A stretch of DNA of 64,000 bases from an uncultured Melioribacteraceae bacterium. GTDB taxonomy: Bacteria; Bacteroidota; Ignavibacteria; Ignavibacteriales; Melioribacteraceae. Where the stretch lies: NCBI GenBank assembly GCA_965370315.1, contig CBDUTO010000003.1:13527-77526 (forward strand), read 5' to 3'. The notes under the pieces were generated by a model. It was not told where the DNA came from, did no database searches, and worked only from the letters and a program-made list of their open reading frames with translations. The position numbers and the translations under genes are program-made. Below are positions 46,126 to 56,220 of the stretch, piece after piece (the stretch's first letter is position 1; each line of letters starts with the position of its first letter).

Positions 46126-47755
46126 CTGCTTCTCTCTTGTTATAAATAAATTTTTGATTCAAATTAAAATGATAATTAATTGATTCTTTAAGATTACTAA
46201 TCTCTAACTCTTTACGCCGCTCATCCCAATCTAAAATATTAGACGCAATTTCTGCCATGATTTCGACAGAATTATAGCCCAAGTCTTCATGAGTTCCCAA
46301 AGTGGTTCTTCTCAAGATTATATCTTTTAGGGTTTTAGCCTTTTCCTTTTTAATTGCATAAACAATTTGTGCTTTAATGTCTAAATGCTCTTTAGAAATT
46401 TTTTCACTCAATGATTTATCTTCGTCAGTAAGTTTTAACACATCAATAAACTTATCACCATAATATTGATTAAGCATTAAAATGGTCTCTCTACTAATAT
46501 CATATTTTTCGCTTAACAACTCATAAATGACCGCACCACTTTTCTCTTCAATAAACTTAAAATCTTTGGTTCTACATTTATTTTGAGAATTATTTTTATC
46601 ATCTATATAATCTAGAGTGTCTTCTGCTAAGCTTCTAAAAGTGGTAAGTTTTCCACCAACGATTGAAAAGTAATTTTTCAATCCTTCCTTTTCATGATCA
46701 TGAATAATATGTTTACGTGTAACTTTTTTCTCATTTTTATTTGGTTCAAATGGTAAAGGTCTTATTCCAGAATAAGTGTAGAGTATGTCTTCTCGAGAAA
46801 AAGTTTGCGTATCTATAAAATGATTTAGTTCCGTTAGCAGATAATTTATTTCATCTTCAGATGCAGTTATTCTATCCAAAGTGTTTTTATAAAAGATATC
46901 GGTAGTTCCAACCAAATAATAGTCATCCCAAGGAATAATGAAGAATGGTCTTCCATCCTGCATTGCTTCAATATATAACCCGTTCTCAGGACCATCCTCA
47001 AATCTTCGAATAAGAATGTGGCTTCCTTTTGTCCCCCCCATGAGTCTTGGAATTTTATTTGAAACAGCTTTATTCACTTCATCAACAAAGGGACCTGCTG
47101 CATTAACTATATATTTAGCCTTAGTGGAATATTCAGAATTATTAATAGTATCTTGAAACTTAATTAAATAATTATCACTTTCTAATTTCATACTTTCAAA
47201 TTTGGAGTAGTTTAAAACATCGGCGCCATTTTTTTCAGCTGCAAGAATAGTATCAAGACACAATCTTTCTGGATACTTAATTTGACAATCGTAATAACTT
47301 GCCACCCCTTTTAATCCCTTTCTGTGTAGTGAATTAAGTGACTTTGGAAGCCCTATTCCATCTTTAGCAAATAAAACTTTATGATTTGGCATACTCTTAT
47401 CGTATGATAGAATATCATATAAAATCATTCCCATTTTTATTAACAAAGGCCCACGTTCGCTATGTTTATATAGTGGGAAATCAATTTGAAGGGGCTTAAC
47501 TAGATGAGGTGCATTTTGTAGTAATATCTCTCTCTCTCTTAGTGATTCTCTAACAAGTGAAAATTCCAAATATTCCAGATAGCGTAAACCACCATGAATT
47601 AATTTAGTAGAACCACTTGTAGTAAATCCTCCAAAATCATTTTTTTCTAGAACTAAAACTGAATATCCACGGAGTATTGCATCTAATGCTATACCAGCAC
47701 CGTTTATTCCACCACCAATAATTAAAATATCATAATTTTCTTTTAAGTTTTCCAT
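46106..47755 (-). CDS. glpD: FAD-dependent glycerol-3-phosphate dehydrogenase
   Basis: 549 aa. YDILIIGGGINGAGIALDAILRGYSVLVLEKNDFGGFTTSGSTKLIHGGLRYLE is the GlpD N-terminal signature. It also has the C-terminal alpha-helical GlpD domain. Confidence 0.9.
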   Translation of the reverse strand: MENLKENYDILIIGGGINGAGIALDAILRGYSVLVLEKNDFGGFTTSGSTKLIHGGLRYLEYLEFSLVRESLREREILLQNAPHLVKPLQIDFPLYKHSERGPLLIKMGMILYDILSYDKSMPNHKVLFAKDGIGLPKSLNSLHRKGLKGVASYYDCQIKYPERLCLDTILAAEKNGADVLNYSKFESMKLESDNYLIKFQDTINNSEYSTKAKYIVNAAGPFVDEVNKAVSNKIPRLMGGTKGSHILIRRFEDGPENGLYIEAMQDGRPFFIIPWDDYYLVGTTDIFYKNTLDRITASEDEINYLLTELNHFIDTQTFSREDILYTYSGIRPLPFEPNKNEKKVTRKHIIHDHEKEGLKNYFSIVGGKLTTFRSLAEDTLDYIDDKNNSQNKCRTKDFKFIEEKSGAVIYELLSEKYDISRETILMLNQYYGDKFIDVLKLTDEDKSLSEKISKEHLDIKAQIVYAIKKEKAKTLKDIILRRTTLGTHEDLGYNSVEIMAEIASNILDWDERRKELEISNLKESINYHFNLNQKFIYNKREADAITSC

Positions 47756-47774
47756 ATCCCTATCTTTTTAAATT

Positions 47775-48842
47775 CTAAAATCCAGCATTAAGAGTAATTC
47801 GCTGTACATACCCAAGTCTTCCCCAATCCGAGTAGGCATAGTTAATTGAAAAGTCAAAAATATTTTCAAAAGGATTCACTATCCCAAATCCAGCAGTAAG
47901 ACCTTTTTCACTATTTTCATCAAATAAAGATTGATAACCAACTCTTAACTGGATTAGATTATTAAAACTATATTCAAACCCAGAATTCAAATAGACGTTG
48001 TTATTACTGGGATGAATCATATCAGAAGCAAAAGTAAACGAATTTCGGTATCCAATATTAAATTGGTACGAGAGACCAAATCTAAAAATTAAAGGTAACG
48101 GAAATGAATCTGTTTTAAGACTAACATTCAGCTTATCGTTAGAGTAATTTTTAGAATCGGCATCATACGCACGAACTAAATCACGTCCGTCCATTTGCAA
48201 ATCGGAACCAAAATTTGAAATACTCGTCCCAATGTTAAATCCTTCTAATTGCGTTTTGTAAAGCACACCAACGTCAATTGCAAAAGATGTTGCCGACTCG
48301 TGCCAAATTTGTTGGGAAATATATTTTCCAGTAATTCCAAACGAAAAACGATCTGTAACTTTCATGGCAAAACTACCTGCCAATGCCATATCAGCCGCTC
48401 TGTAAAACTCTCCTGTTCCTTCCGGTTGCCCAATTGTTCTTACCGGACGTTTATCACCATAGTTCAATCCTGTGTAACTCACTCCCAAAGCAATTCCATT
48501 TCCAATAGGAAAAACTAATCCGAAAAATTGGAATTGAGTATCAGCGAGCCATTCCGAATGATTAATAGTGATATCAACTTTGGAACTATTTGAAATTCCG
48601 GCTGGATTCCAATAAAGAGCCGTTGCATTAGAAGCTAGCGATGAATATGCACCACCCAAAGCTTCTGCTGTAGCACCAATTCCTATTTCTAAAAAGTTTG
48701 CTGCCGATGTTCCAGTTTTGGTAACATCCGGCGAATAATTTAGTTTTGCAAAATCATCTTCGCCAGCTTGTGCAAAGGCGACTGATGAAATTGTAAAAAA
48801 GACAATACATGTTAAATGAAGTAGATTCTTCACCATCCACAA
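47775..48842 (-). CDS. PorV/PorQ-family outer-membrane beta-barrel protein
   Basis: 355 aa with a signal peptide. Family hallmark TSAANFLEIGIGATAEALGGAYSSLASNATALYWNPAGI. Alternating-strand barrel ending in ...LNAGF. Confidence 0.65.
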   Translation of the reverse strand: MWMVKNLLHLTCIVFFTISSVAFAQAGEDDFAKLNYSPDVTKTGTSAANFLEIGIGATAEALGGAYSSLASNATALYWNPAGISNSSKVDITINHSEWLADTQFQFFGLVFPIGNGIALGVSYTGLNYGDKRPVRTIGQPEGTGEFYRAADMALAGSFAMKVTDRFSFGITGKYISQQIWHESATSFAIDVGVLYKTQLEGFNIGTSISNFGSDLQMDGRDLVRAYDADSKNYSNDKLNVSLKTDSFPLPLIFRFGLSYQFNIGYRNSFTFASDMIHPSNNNVYLNSGFEYSFNNLIQLRVGYQSLFDENSEKGLTAGFGIVNPFENIFDFSINYAYSDWGRLGYVQRITLNAGF

Positions 48843-48863
48843 CTCCTATATTCCACTCAAAAT

Positions 48864-51800
48864 TTATTTTATTAAAGCGAACTTGCCTATTTTCTCGCCA
48901 AGTTCAAATGCATCTACATGATAGATGTACATACCAAAAGCTACTGTTAATCCATCTTCCGAAGTTAAATCCCACGATTCGGCTCCATTATCATCGAAGC
49001 TATCACGTAAAATTGTTTTTACCAAAGTGCCACTCATTGTGTACACTCTAATTGTACATTTAGAAGGAAGATTTACAAAATCGATTCTTCTTTCACCCCT
49101 TCCTGAAGCATAGAAGAGTGGTTTTTCCCATGATGCATTAGAAACGTACGGATCAGGAACAACATATATATCCGCTAATTCATCCTTTGCTTTTTCATTG
49201 TCGACTGAATCTGCAACTGCAATGAACTCATAAGTATCATCAGCATTAAAAGGCTTGCTCACTTGAAATTCAAAAATATCCCCTTCAGATGGTGTAAAAA
49301 GCGTAGAATCAGCACCAAATGTTAATCGCATTCCAGTTTTATAATTAAATCCTTGTGCATCAATAGCTATAACAATTTCATCACCGGTATTTAGAACACT
49401 ATCTTGATAGATTGGTTCATCAAAAAGGAAATCGAACTTCTTGTTTGAAGTAGTACTCCAGACTTCAAAGTTCACAGGAACTCTTTGGAATGCAAGAGGT
49501 GCAAAAGAAGTATCTACGCCTGGATACTTAACTCTAACTTCAAAATCCTCTGGTAACTCAATAGTTTTAGGAGAAACGAGTAAACCAGTTTTAACGTCAA
49601 AGTTGGGGTTTCCAATCTTCCATCCTTTATAAACAACTTCAACAGAGTCATTTTCTAAATTATATTTAAGCCCTTCAAATATTTTGCTCTCAAGAAATGT
49701 AGGATCATATACGTCGCTTTTATAAACAATTCTATTTTCTGTGGCATCTTTAATAGTTACACTACTTGTGTATCTACTTAATGTTGTGTCAGTGAATTGA
49801 ACTTGGTAAACATGCCTATTTTTGATTTCATCGGCAACAATAGCATCAACTTTTACAGTTCCGGTAGCGATACCTGTATGAGTAATACCATCAGCAAGAT
49901 GTGGATCAATGTAACCTGCACTTGGGGCATTAGGAACAACAACAGCACAGTTTTGGGATACTGAGACAACATCTCCTACCAAATTTGTTTGGATTGTCTT
50001 ACTACATTCACTCGGTGCCACTGGAGCTAAATTCTCAAGATCAGTTAAACCTCTATCATAAAAATCAACATCATAACCTTTATCGTATGAGACTACAGCA
50101 TAATAGTATGTTCTACCATTTTCAACATTTTCGTCAACATAGCTATAAATAAGTCCATTATCCGTTCCCATATTAAAATTAGCTCCTGTTTCACCAATAG
50201 CAATTGGATGAGGACCTAACAATCCATTTTCGTAATCGAACTGTGCAATTGGCTCCCAAAAGATAGCATTGCCATAGGAATCAGAGATGTTTTTAATACT
50301 ATTAAATGAAGGATCTGTAGAACGATAAATTAAATATCCTTCAAAATCATTTTTGTAAATAGGATCTATTGAATGTTCAGCCCTATCATCCCAAGTTAAA
50401 ATAACTCTTCCATCTTGAGCAGTTGCTTTAACTGTAGGTAACAATGGAGGTTTTGTAAAATTGTAATCAGCATCGTAAATACGTTGCATTGTTCGTTTGT
50501 TTCTAATTATATCATCGTAATCATTTCCAAACAGACATGCTACAGCAAATTTTCTTGTTTCCTCTTGAGGCAGTGAAAAATATCCTGAACCATAAATAAA
50601 AGATAAGTTTCCTGGAAGTGCACCACCAAAATATCCTGGAATCATTTCATTCCAAAGGGTTTCATCGGAGCTAATATTTCCGGCTGGTCTAAGAGTGAAA
50701 CTTGTAAGTCCAATTTGATCTGATTCATCATTATCCGTCTTACCAAAATTAGGTTCTCCTTGGTCAGGATGCCCATTTGCCTCCGTTCCATCTATATCGG
50801 GGGCAGAATAATCTTGTTCGTTAGGTCCAATTCCATCAGAACCAACATCATCATTAATTGGTTCTTTTGGGTCCCAGACACCATTTTCATTTAAATCTTC
50901 GTACACAACCCAATCACCATCTTCATCCCCTTCCCAATGATATTTGGGGTCACCATAATTTCCTATTGGTCCAAAGATATAACTTCCTGCATCATTAGTT
51001 TGAACCTCATTAATTAAACCATCGTTGTCATCATCAATTCCATTAAGTGGTTCACCTGGGCTTTCAAGAAATGCAAATCCAAAATAACCAACTCCAGGAC
51101 GACCTTTGTTATCTATTCCATCTAAATCCCAGCAATATGTAATATCATCATCTTCTTCAAAATACGCATCATCATCTTGTGAATCTCCTTCACCACCAAC
51201 TGCAGGATCAACGTACATTCCAAATACAACTTTTTCCAACTCTTTATCACTAGCATTTTTTATATCATATCTATTTATTAGAATATCTTCAGCTTCAACT
51301 TGTACCCACTGATAACCTCTAACTTTTACTTCAAGTCCAAGTCCTCTTCTTCCATTTGGGAACCCAGCAGAATCAGTAGAACTTCCAACATAAGGGAAAT
51401 AAGCAAACTCATCATTATTTCTATCATCCATAACATAATAACTTTCTTGGTCGGCGCGAGGATATGCACCAAACTCACCATTCCACATCCCATCCCTCGA
51501 ACCCGGAGTTCCAGGGTAATCATTAACCCACTCAGTTGGCCATGTTTCTGGTTTGTGACTCATTGCAGGATAGCTATTTATATTATCAAGTCCTGTATTA
51601 TAATATCCGGGAAGGGGTTCCCATCCATAAGTGTGCGTACCATCTGGGGCAATATCAAAAGATCCTGGATTAGTATAGTTTTCTGACATTATATGAATTT
51701 TCTTTCCAGAGGTATCAATAACCTCTGCACCAGCAATCATAATAAACTCATACCCATACCAAGTTCCCGATCCTTTGGGCCATTCCATTTTAGGAGGTTC

Positions 51801-51998
51801 GTATCTGCTGCCTAGATTTCCAAAATTACCAAATCTAGTATAGACAAGATTACCATCATGCACTCCTGTTCTTCTATCTTGAATAGAATTCAGTTTTGCT
51901 AATTGGTTATTTTGGGAAGAATTATCCTCCTGTGCAAAGAAAACAATCGGGGAAATAATTGTAAATAATAGCAATTTAGTGAGTAAAGCTTTTATCAT
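48864..51998 (-). CDS. Large secreted protein of unknown function with acidic Ca-binding-like D-x-D-x-D stretches and a T9SS-like C-terminal beta-sandwich
   Basis: 1044 aa with a signal peptide. Acidic repeats (GIDDDNDGLINE, EGDEDGDWVVYEDLNENGVWDP, INDDVGSDGIGPNEQDY, DIDGTEANGHPDQGEPNFGKTDNDESDQ). C-terminal ...CTIRVYTMSGTLVKTI...GMYIYHVDAFELGEKIGKFALIK. Confidence 0.6.
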   Translation of the reverse strand: MIKALLTKLLLFTIISPIVFFAQEDNSSQNNQLAKLNSIQDRRTGVHDGNLVYTRFGNFGNLGSRYEPPKMEWPKGSGTWYGYEFIMIAGAEVIDTSGKKIHIMSENYTNPGSFDIAPDGTHTYGWEPLPGYYNTGLDNINSYPAMSHKPETWPTEWVNDYPGTPGSRDGMWNGEFGAYPRADQESYYVMDDRNNDEFAYFPYVGSSTDSAGFPNGRRGLGLEVKVRGYQWVQVEAEDILINRYDIKNASDKELEKVVFGMYVDPAVGGEGDSQDDDAYFEEDDDITYCWDLDGIDNKGRPGVGYFGFAFLESPGEPLNGIDDDNDGLINEVQTNDAGSYIFGPIGNYGDPKYHWEGDEDGDWVVYEDLNENGVWDPKEPINDDVGSDGIGPNEQDYSAPDIDGTEANGHPDQGEPNFGKTDNDESDQIGLTSFTLRPAGNISSDETLWNEMIPGYFGGALPGNLSFIYGSGYFSLPQEETRKFAVACLFGNDYDDIIRNKRTMQRIYDADYNFTKPPLLPTVKATAQDGRVILTWDDRAEHSIDPIYKNDFEGYLIYRSTDPSFNSIKNISDSYGNAIFWEPIAQFDYENGLLGPHPIAIGETGANFNMGTDNGLIYSYVDENVENGRTYYYAVVSYDKGYDVDFYDRGLTDLENLAPVAPSECSKTIQTNLVGDVVSVSQNCAVVVPNAPSAGYIDPHLADGITHTGIATGTVKVDAIVADEIKNRHVYQVQFTDTTLSRYTSSVTIKDATENRIVYKSDVYDPTFLESKIFEGLKYNLENDSVEVVYKGWKIGNPNFDVKTGLLVSPKTIELPEDFEVRVKYPGVDTSFAPLAFQRVPVNFEVWSTTSNKKFDFLFDEPIYQDSVLNTGDEIVIAIDAQGFNYKTGMRLTFGADSTLFTPSEGDIFEFQVSKPFNADDTYEFIAVADSVDNEKAKDELADIYVVPDPYVSNASWEKPLFYASGRGERRIDFVNLPSKCTIRVYTMSGTLVKTILRDSFDDNGAESWDLTSEDGLTVAFGMYIYHVDAFELGEKIGKFALIK

Positions 51999-52015
51999 TT
52001 ATTTAATTCCTATAA

Positions 52016-54730
52016 TTAAAATTCAAATTTAAATCCAACTAATACTCTGCGAGGTGCAAGATAATAATCAGGACGGTTATCAATTTCAGCCAATGTAAAA
52101 TTTGGATTTTTTTCAACTTGTGCTAATGTAACTGATGAACGATATGGTGCATCCGAAACTCCTGTACTTGAATAAACATAGCGAGAACTGAGATTATCCA
52201 AAAGATTAAATACTTTAACAAATAATTGGATATTATGATTTGATATTTCAAAATTCTTAAAGAAATTCAAATCGATATTAAAAATACTAGGTTTCAATTC
52301 GCTATTTTGGAATTGCTCGGTTAGTTCACTACTTGGGTTACTTGGAGTATATGGTTGACCGGAGGCGAATCGACCAATTACTCCAAGCGACCAATCTGTG
52401 TAATCACCAACATAAAACGATACGTTTAATGTGTGAGTTTGATCCCAACTTAAAGGAATCACTTGTTTTTCACTTTCCGTAGGAGGATTTGATTGAAAAT
52501 TTGTAAATACCGAATTAGGATCTGAAGCGTTACCCTTTGCAACTTGATAGGTATAATCTATCGAGGCAAAAAAAGCATCTAAATTAACTGTCCTTAATGC
52601 AAAAGTTATTCCTTTAACATTTCCGTAATCTCTATTTATATAACGTGCATATACTTTTTTATCTTCTGTATTTATTATTTCTTGACTTAACAGATTTTTT
52701 ATATCTTTGTAATACATTGTTAAATCAAAACTAATTGTACTTCCTAAGGTTTGTTGTAATCCTAACTCATAGTTTACAGTCTGCTCAGGTTTTAAGTTAG
52801 CATTGCCCATAACTGTATTCAATCCACCAAGATCAACTTCAAATTCTGAGTTAGAAAAAATTGCTGAAAATTTTGGTAATTGATAAAAATGCCCATAAGA
52901 AACATGTACAACTCCCGTTGCTGAAATAGGGTAGGCTAAACCAAAACGAGGACTAATGCTAAATTGAGTTTCTGCATCCTTGAATTCTGTGTCGAGTCTT
53001 ACTCCATTATTAGGGTCAGTTGTTGCTCGTGGATTTACTGGAACAACAGCATCGGGATTCCAATAATCAAGACGAACACCAGCATTTACAATTAGCTCAT
53101 CTAACTCCAATTTATCTTGAATATAAAAAGCGGCTTCAAATGGTTTATTTATATATTGATTGTTAAGAGATGTGTTTTCAGCAGGAATTCTTAAAGTTGG
53201 TTGTTCATATACAGGTCCATCTGCTACAGTTGAAGCCGTAAAATAGTCAAGCGTGTGTTGCTTCGCCATTCCACCAACCTTAACTTGATTAACTTTGTTT
53301 ACTTGGCTTGTCAAATCTAATTTAACATTTATAGCCGAATTAGAGATATCAGAACGTGAGTTATTTGTTCCACCAAATGCAAATGATTGGTCAACATGAG
53401 GTGTTCCCTGATATCTTGAATCCAACATATCTTCAAATAGATAGCTTTGAATTCTTTGTTTGAAATATGTTAAATTTAACACATAAAAAGTTCTCGCAGA
53501 TAAAACATGATTTAGACTAAGAATGTGATTGAAGTTATTATTGTAATTTGTTTTCACTCCATCAGGTGAATACCGTCTATAATCACTATAGCTTTTATAC
53601 TCACTAGTATTATAAAAAAGAGAATATCTTAAAGTAATACTGTTAGATAGTTTTGTGGATATTTTTCCATATAGAGCTATTTTTTCTAGGGGATTTAATG
53701 GGATAAACTCTCCATCGCCTGTTTTAAGAGAATCGGGAACTTTTATTCCAAATACCCTTTCATCGTCACTTTGATTCTTCTCTGCATCAAGAATATATTC
53801 CTGAATTGGGACAGTATCTTCAATTCTAGTTTCTCTTTTCCCATAAAGCCAACCTTCTCTCGTATGGTAACGTAAAGAACCAAAATAAGATGTTTTAGGA
53901 ATTAATGGGACAGGTCCTTGAAGATTTAACGAGGCATCTAATTCATTCAAATTCAAATTATCATTGTTCATAAAGACATCATTATGAGAAGTTACATAAT
54001 CGCCAAATGCAATTGATGCACTTCCACCAAATTTTGCTCTTCCTTCTTTTGTAACAATATTTACCACTCCAGATTGTGCTTGTCCGTATTCTGCATTAAA
54101 AGTTCCGCTAATAACTTGCATTTCCTGTACCCAGTTATTTTCCATTCCCACCGAGCTTCCACCTCTAAACTGATCAGTAACCGAAACACCATCAATTAAG
54201 TAATTAATTTCTCCACTTCTTCCACCACGAATATGAATTTTACCATCAGATCCTTTTACAACTCCAGCTTGCAATTGAAGAACTTCCGAAACTTCCTGGA
54301 CTGGCAAATTATTAATTTGTTCGGAGGAGATATATGCTGCAGTATTTGTTCTATCCATTTCAATTGTGGGACGAACACCCGAGATTACAACTTCACTTGT
54401 AGAAATAGAAACACTTCGTAGAAAAATGTTTTGTTTAGTAGTTCTATCTGTTAATATTTCAACATTCGTAATTGTTTGTTTCTGATACCCAATATAAGAG
54501 ATAATTAAGTTATATTTTCCTGGAGGAATATTCAAGATAAAATAATTTCCATCAAAATCAGTTGAACTTCCATAAGTTGTACCCTCCAGCATGACATTAG
54601 CACCAATTAAAGGTTCGTTTGTGTCGGCGTCTATAATTATACCAGTAATTTTTCCTGTAACTCCGGCAAAAATATTACAAGTAAAAATAAACCCGAAAAG
54701 GAATAAAAAAGTAAATCTTCTAATCATCAA
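52016..54730 (-). CDS. TonB-dependent receptor with N-terminal carboxypeptidase-regulatory-like domain
   Basis: 904 aa. GKITGIIIDADTNEPLIGANVMLEGTTYGSSTDFDGNYFILNIPPGKYNLIISYIGYQ, plug (GKIHIRGGRSGEINYLIDGV), long barrel ending ...LVGFKFEF. Confidence 0.85.
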   Translation of the reverse strand: MMIRRFTFLFLFGFIFTCNIFAGVTGKITGIIIDADTNEPLIGANVMLEGTTYGSSTDFDGNYFILNIPPGKYNLIISYIGYQKQTITNVEILTDRTTKQNIFLRSVSISTSEVVISGVRPTIEMDRTNTAAYISSEQINNLPVQEVSEVLQLQAGVVKGSDGKIHIRGGRSGEINYLIDGVSVTDQFRGGSSVGMENNWVQEMQVISGTFNAEYGQAQSGVVNIVTKEGRAKFGGSASIAFGDYVTSHNDVFMNNDNLNLNELDASLNLQGPVPLIPKTSYFGSLRYHTREGWLYGKRETRIEDTVPIQEYILDAEKNQSDDERVFGIKVPDSLKTGDGEFIPLNPLEKIALYGKISTKLSNSITLRYSLFYNTSEYKSYSDYRRYSPDGVKTNYNNNFNHILSLNHVLSARTFYVLNLTYFKQRIQSYLFEDMLDSRYQGTPHVDQSFAFGGTNNSRSDISNSAINVKLDLTSQVNKVNQVKVGGMAKQHTLDYFTASTVADGPVYEQPTLRIPAENTSLNNQYINKPFEAAFYIQDKLELDELIVNAGVRLDYWNPDAVVPVNPRATTDPNNGVRLDTEFKDAETQFSISPRFGLAYPISATGVVHVSYGHFYQLPKFSAIFSNSEFEVDLGGLNTVMGNANLKPEQTVNYELGLQQTLGSTISFDLTMYYKDIKNLLSQEIINTEDKKVYARYINRDYGNVKGITFALRTVNLDAFFASIDYTYQVAKGNASDPNSVFTNFQSNPPTESEKQVIPLSWDQTHTLNVSFYVGDYTDWSLGVIGRFASGQPYTPSNPSSELTEQFQNSELKPSIFNIDLNFFKNFEISNHNIQLFVKVFNLLDNLSSRYVYSSTGVSDAPYRSSVTLAQVEKNPNFTLAEIDNRPDYYLAPRRVLVGFKFEF

Positions 54731-54885
54731 TTCACCATCAAAATATTGAGAATAATTTGGAATAACACATTATTGTATATATGTATGGTTGTCTATACAA
54801 CTACACAAAGTTACACATATATTTTTAATTGTCAAACTAATTATGTTTTTAAATTATAGCTATACAGTGTTGGAGTGTGAAGGCC

Positions 54886-56220
54886 TGTCCCTGTTCATTT
54901 GCTCATCCACATCTAAAAACTAACAAATTCCACTTATTTCCACAATAGGATTTCATATTTTTACACCATCCTAAACAAACCATTACTCAAAAATGATTAA
55001 ATCTCTCTTTGCTTTCATTCTCAATCTTTTCAAATCAAAAACACAACTACAATTAGAAAATATATTCCTCAGAAAACAATTGGAAATAGTTAGCAGATCG
55101 AATAAAAGATCTGTAATAAAACGAAGTGATAGAGTTTTCTTCAGCTTATCAAAAGGATTACTTAATAATTGGAAAGAAAATCTTGTAATTGTAAAACCAG
55201 AGACTGTTATTAAATGGCATAGACAAGGGTTCAAACTATTCTGGAAAATGAAAAGTAAACACAAAGGTGGAAGAGAAAGAGTAGATGCTGAGACTAGAAA
55301 GTTAATCATTCAAATAGCTAAAGAGAATAGCTCATGGGGTATTCCTAGAATACATGGTGAAATAGTAAAGCTTGGATACAACATTTCTCAATCAACTGTT
55401 TTTAGATATCTGCAAAACTTAAGAAGAAGGAAGCCTTCTCAGAACTGGAAAACATTTTTAAGGAATCACTCCAAAGAAACTATCTCAATGGATCTCTTCG
55501 CTGTACCAACTTCTAATTTTAAGTTATTACATGTGCTAGTAATGATTGAGCATCATAGAAGAAAAATAATTCATTTCAATGTTACTGAACATCCAACTTC
55601 TATTTGGACAGCTCAACAAATGAGAAATGCTCTTTATGAAGAGAACTCCTATAAGTATGTGATTAGAGATAGAGATTGTAAATTCGGGAAGTATTTTGGT
55701 AGGAAGATTTCTGATATTGGTATTAAAGAAATTGTTACTGCTTATAGATCTCCTTGGCAAAACGGATATGTTGAAAGAGTGATTGGGACGATTAGAAGAG
55801 AATGCCTTGATCACTTCATAGTTTTCAACGAAGCCCATCTCAGAGAAATTCTTAAAGAATATTTTTATTACTACAATAAATTTCGAACACATTTGGGGTT
55901 GGATAAAGATACTCCGAAAAGGAGACCAATAGAATCAATTGGAAAAATAGCTAATATTCCTATTCTTAATGGTCTACATAATATTTATTTCAGAGAAGCT
56001 GTTTAAGTTTTTATGAAGGACAAAACAACTTCACAATGAGAAGGTCTTTAAGACCAGTGCATTTCCATATCTATTTTTAGTGAAAATCAAAATAATTAGA
56101 CAATATCAAACCAAACAAATCTGAATTAGACCGAACATTCAAAACTAAGAAGCAACAATATTAATACTAAGTAGAGATTCTTGCAGAAATTCAGAACAGA
56201 TTAGGTTTTGGATAGGGACA
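54886..56220 (+). mobile_element. Intact IS481-like insertion sequence (1335 bp)
   Basis: Terminal inverted repeats tgtccctgttca... and ...tggatagggaca bracket a single 337-aa DDE (rve) transposase gene. I see no target-site duplication at these boundaries. Confidence 0.8.
54993..56006 (+). CDS. IS481-family-like DDE transposase (integrase core / rve domain)
   Basis: 337 aa. N-terminal HTH region with ...VIVKPETVIKWHRQGFKLFWKMKSK. Catalytic core ISMDLFAVP...VIRDRDCKFG...SPWQNGYVERVIGTIRRECLDH. Confidence 0.9.
   Translation: MIKSLFAFILNLFKSKTQLQLENIFLRKQLEIVSRSNKRSVIKRSDRVFFSLSKGLLNNWKENLVIVKPETVIKWHRQGFKLFWKMKSKHKGGRERVDAETRKLIIQIAKENSSWGIPRIHGEIVKLGYNISQSTVFRYLQNLRRRKPSQNWKTFLRNHSKETISMDLFAVPTSNFKLLHVLVMIEHHRRKIIHFNVTEHPTSIWTAQQMRNALYEENSYKYVIRDRDCKFGKYFGRKISDIGIKEIVTAYRSPWQNGYVERVIGTIRRECLDHFIVFNEAHLREILKEYFYYYNKFRTHLGLDKDTPKRRPIESIGKIANIPILNGLHNIYFREAV

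Noticed and set aside
54983-55892. Minus-strand ORFs 54983-55309 and 55536-55892 (and 29483-29716 in the deleted copy)
   Set aside because: They are antisense to the transposase gene and are repeated only because the IS is repeated.
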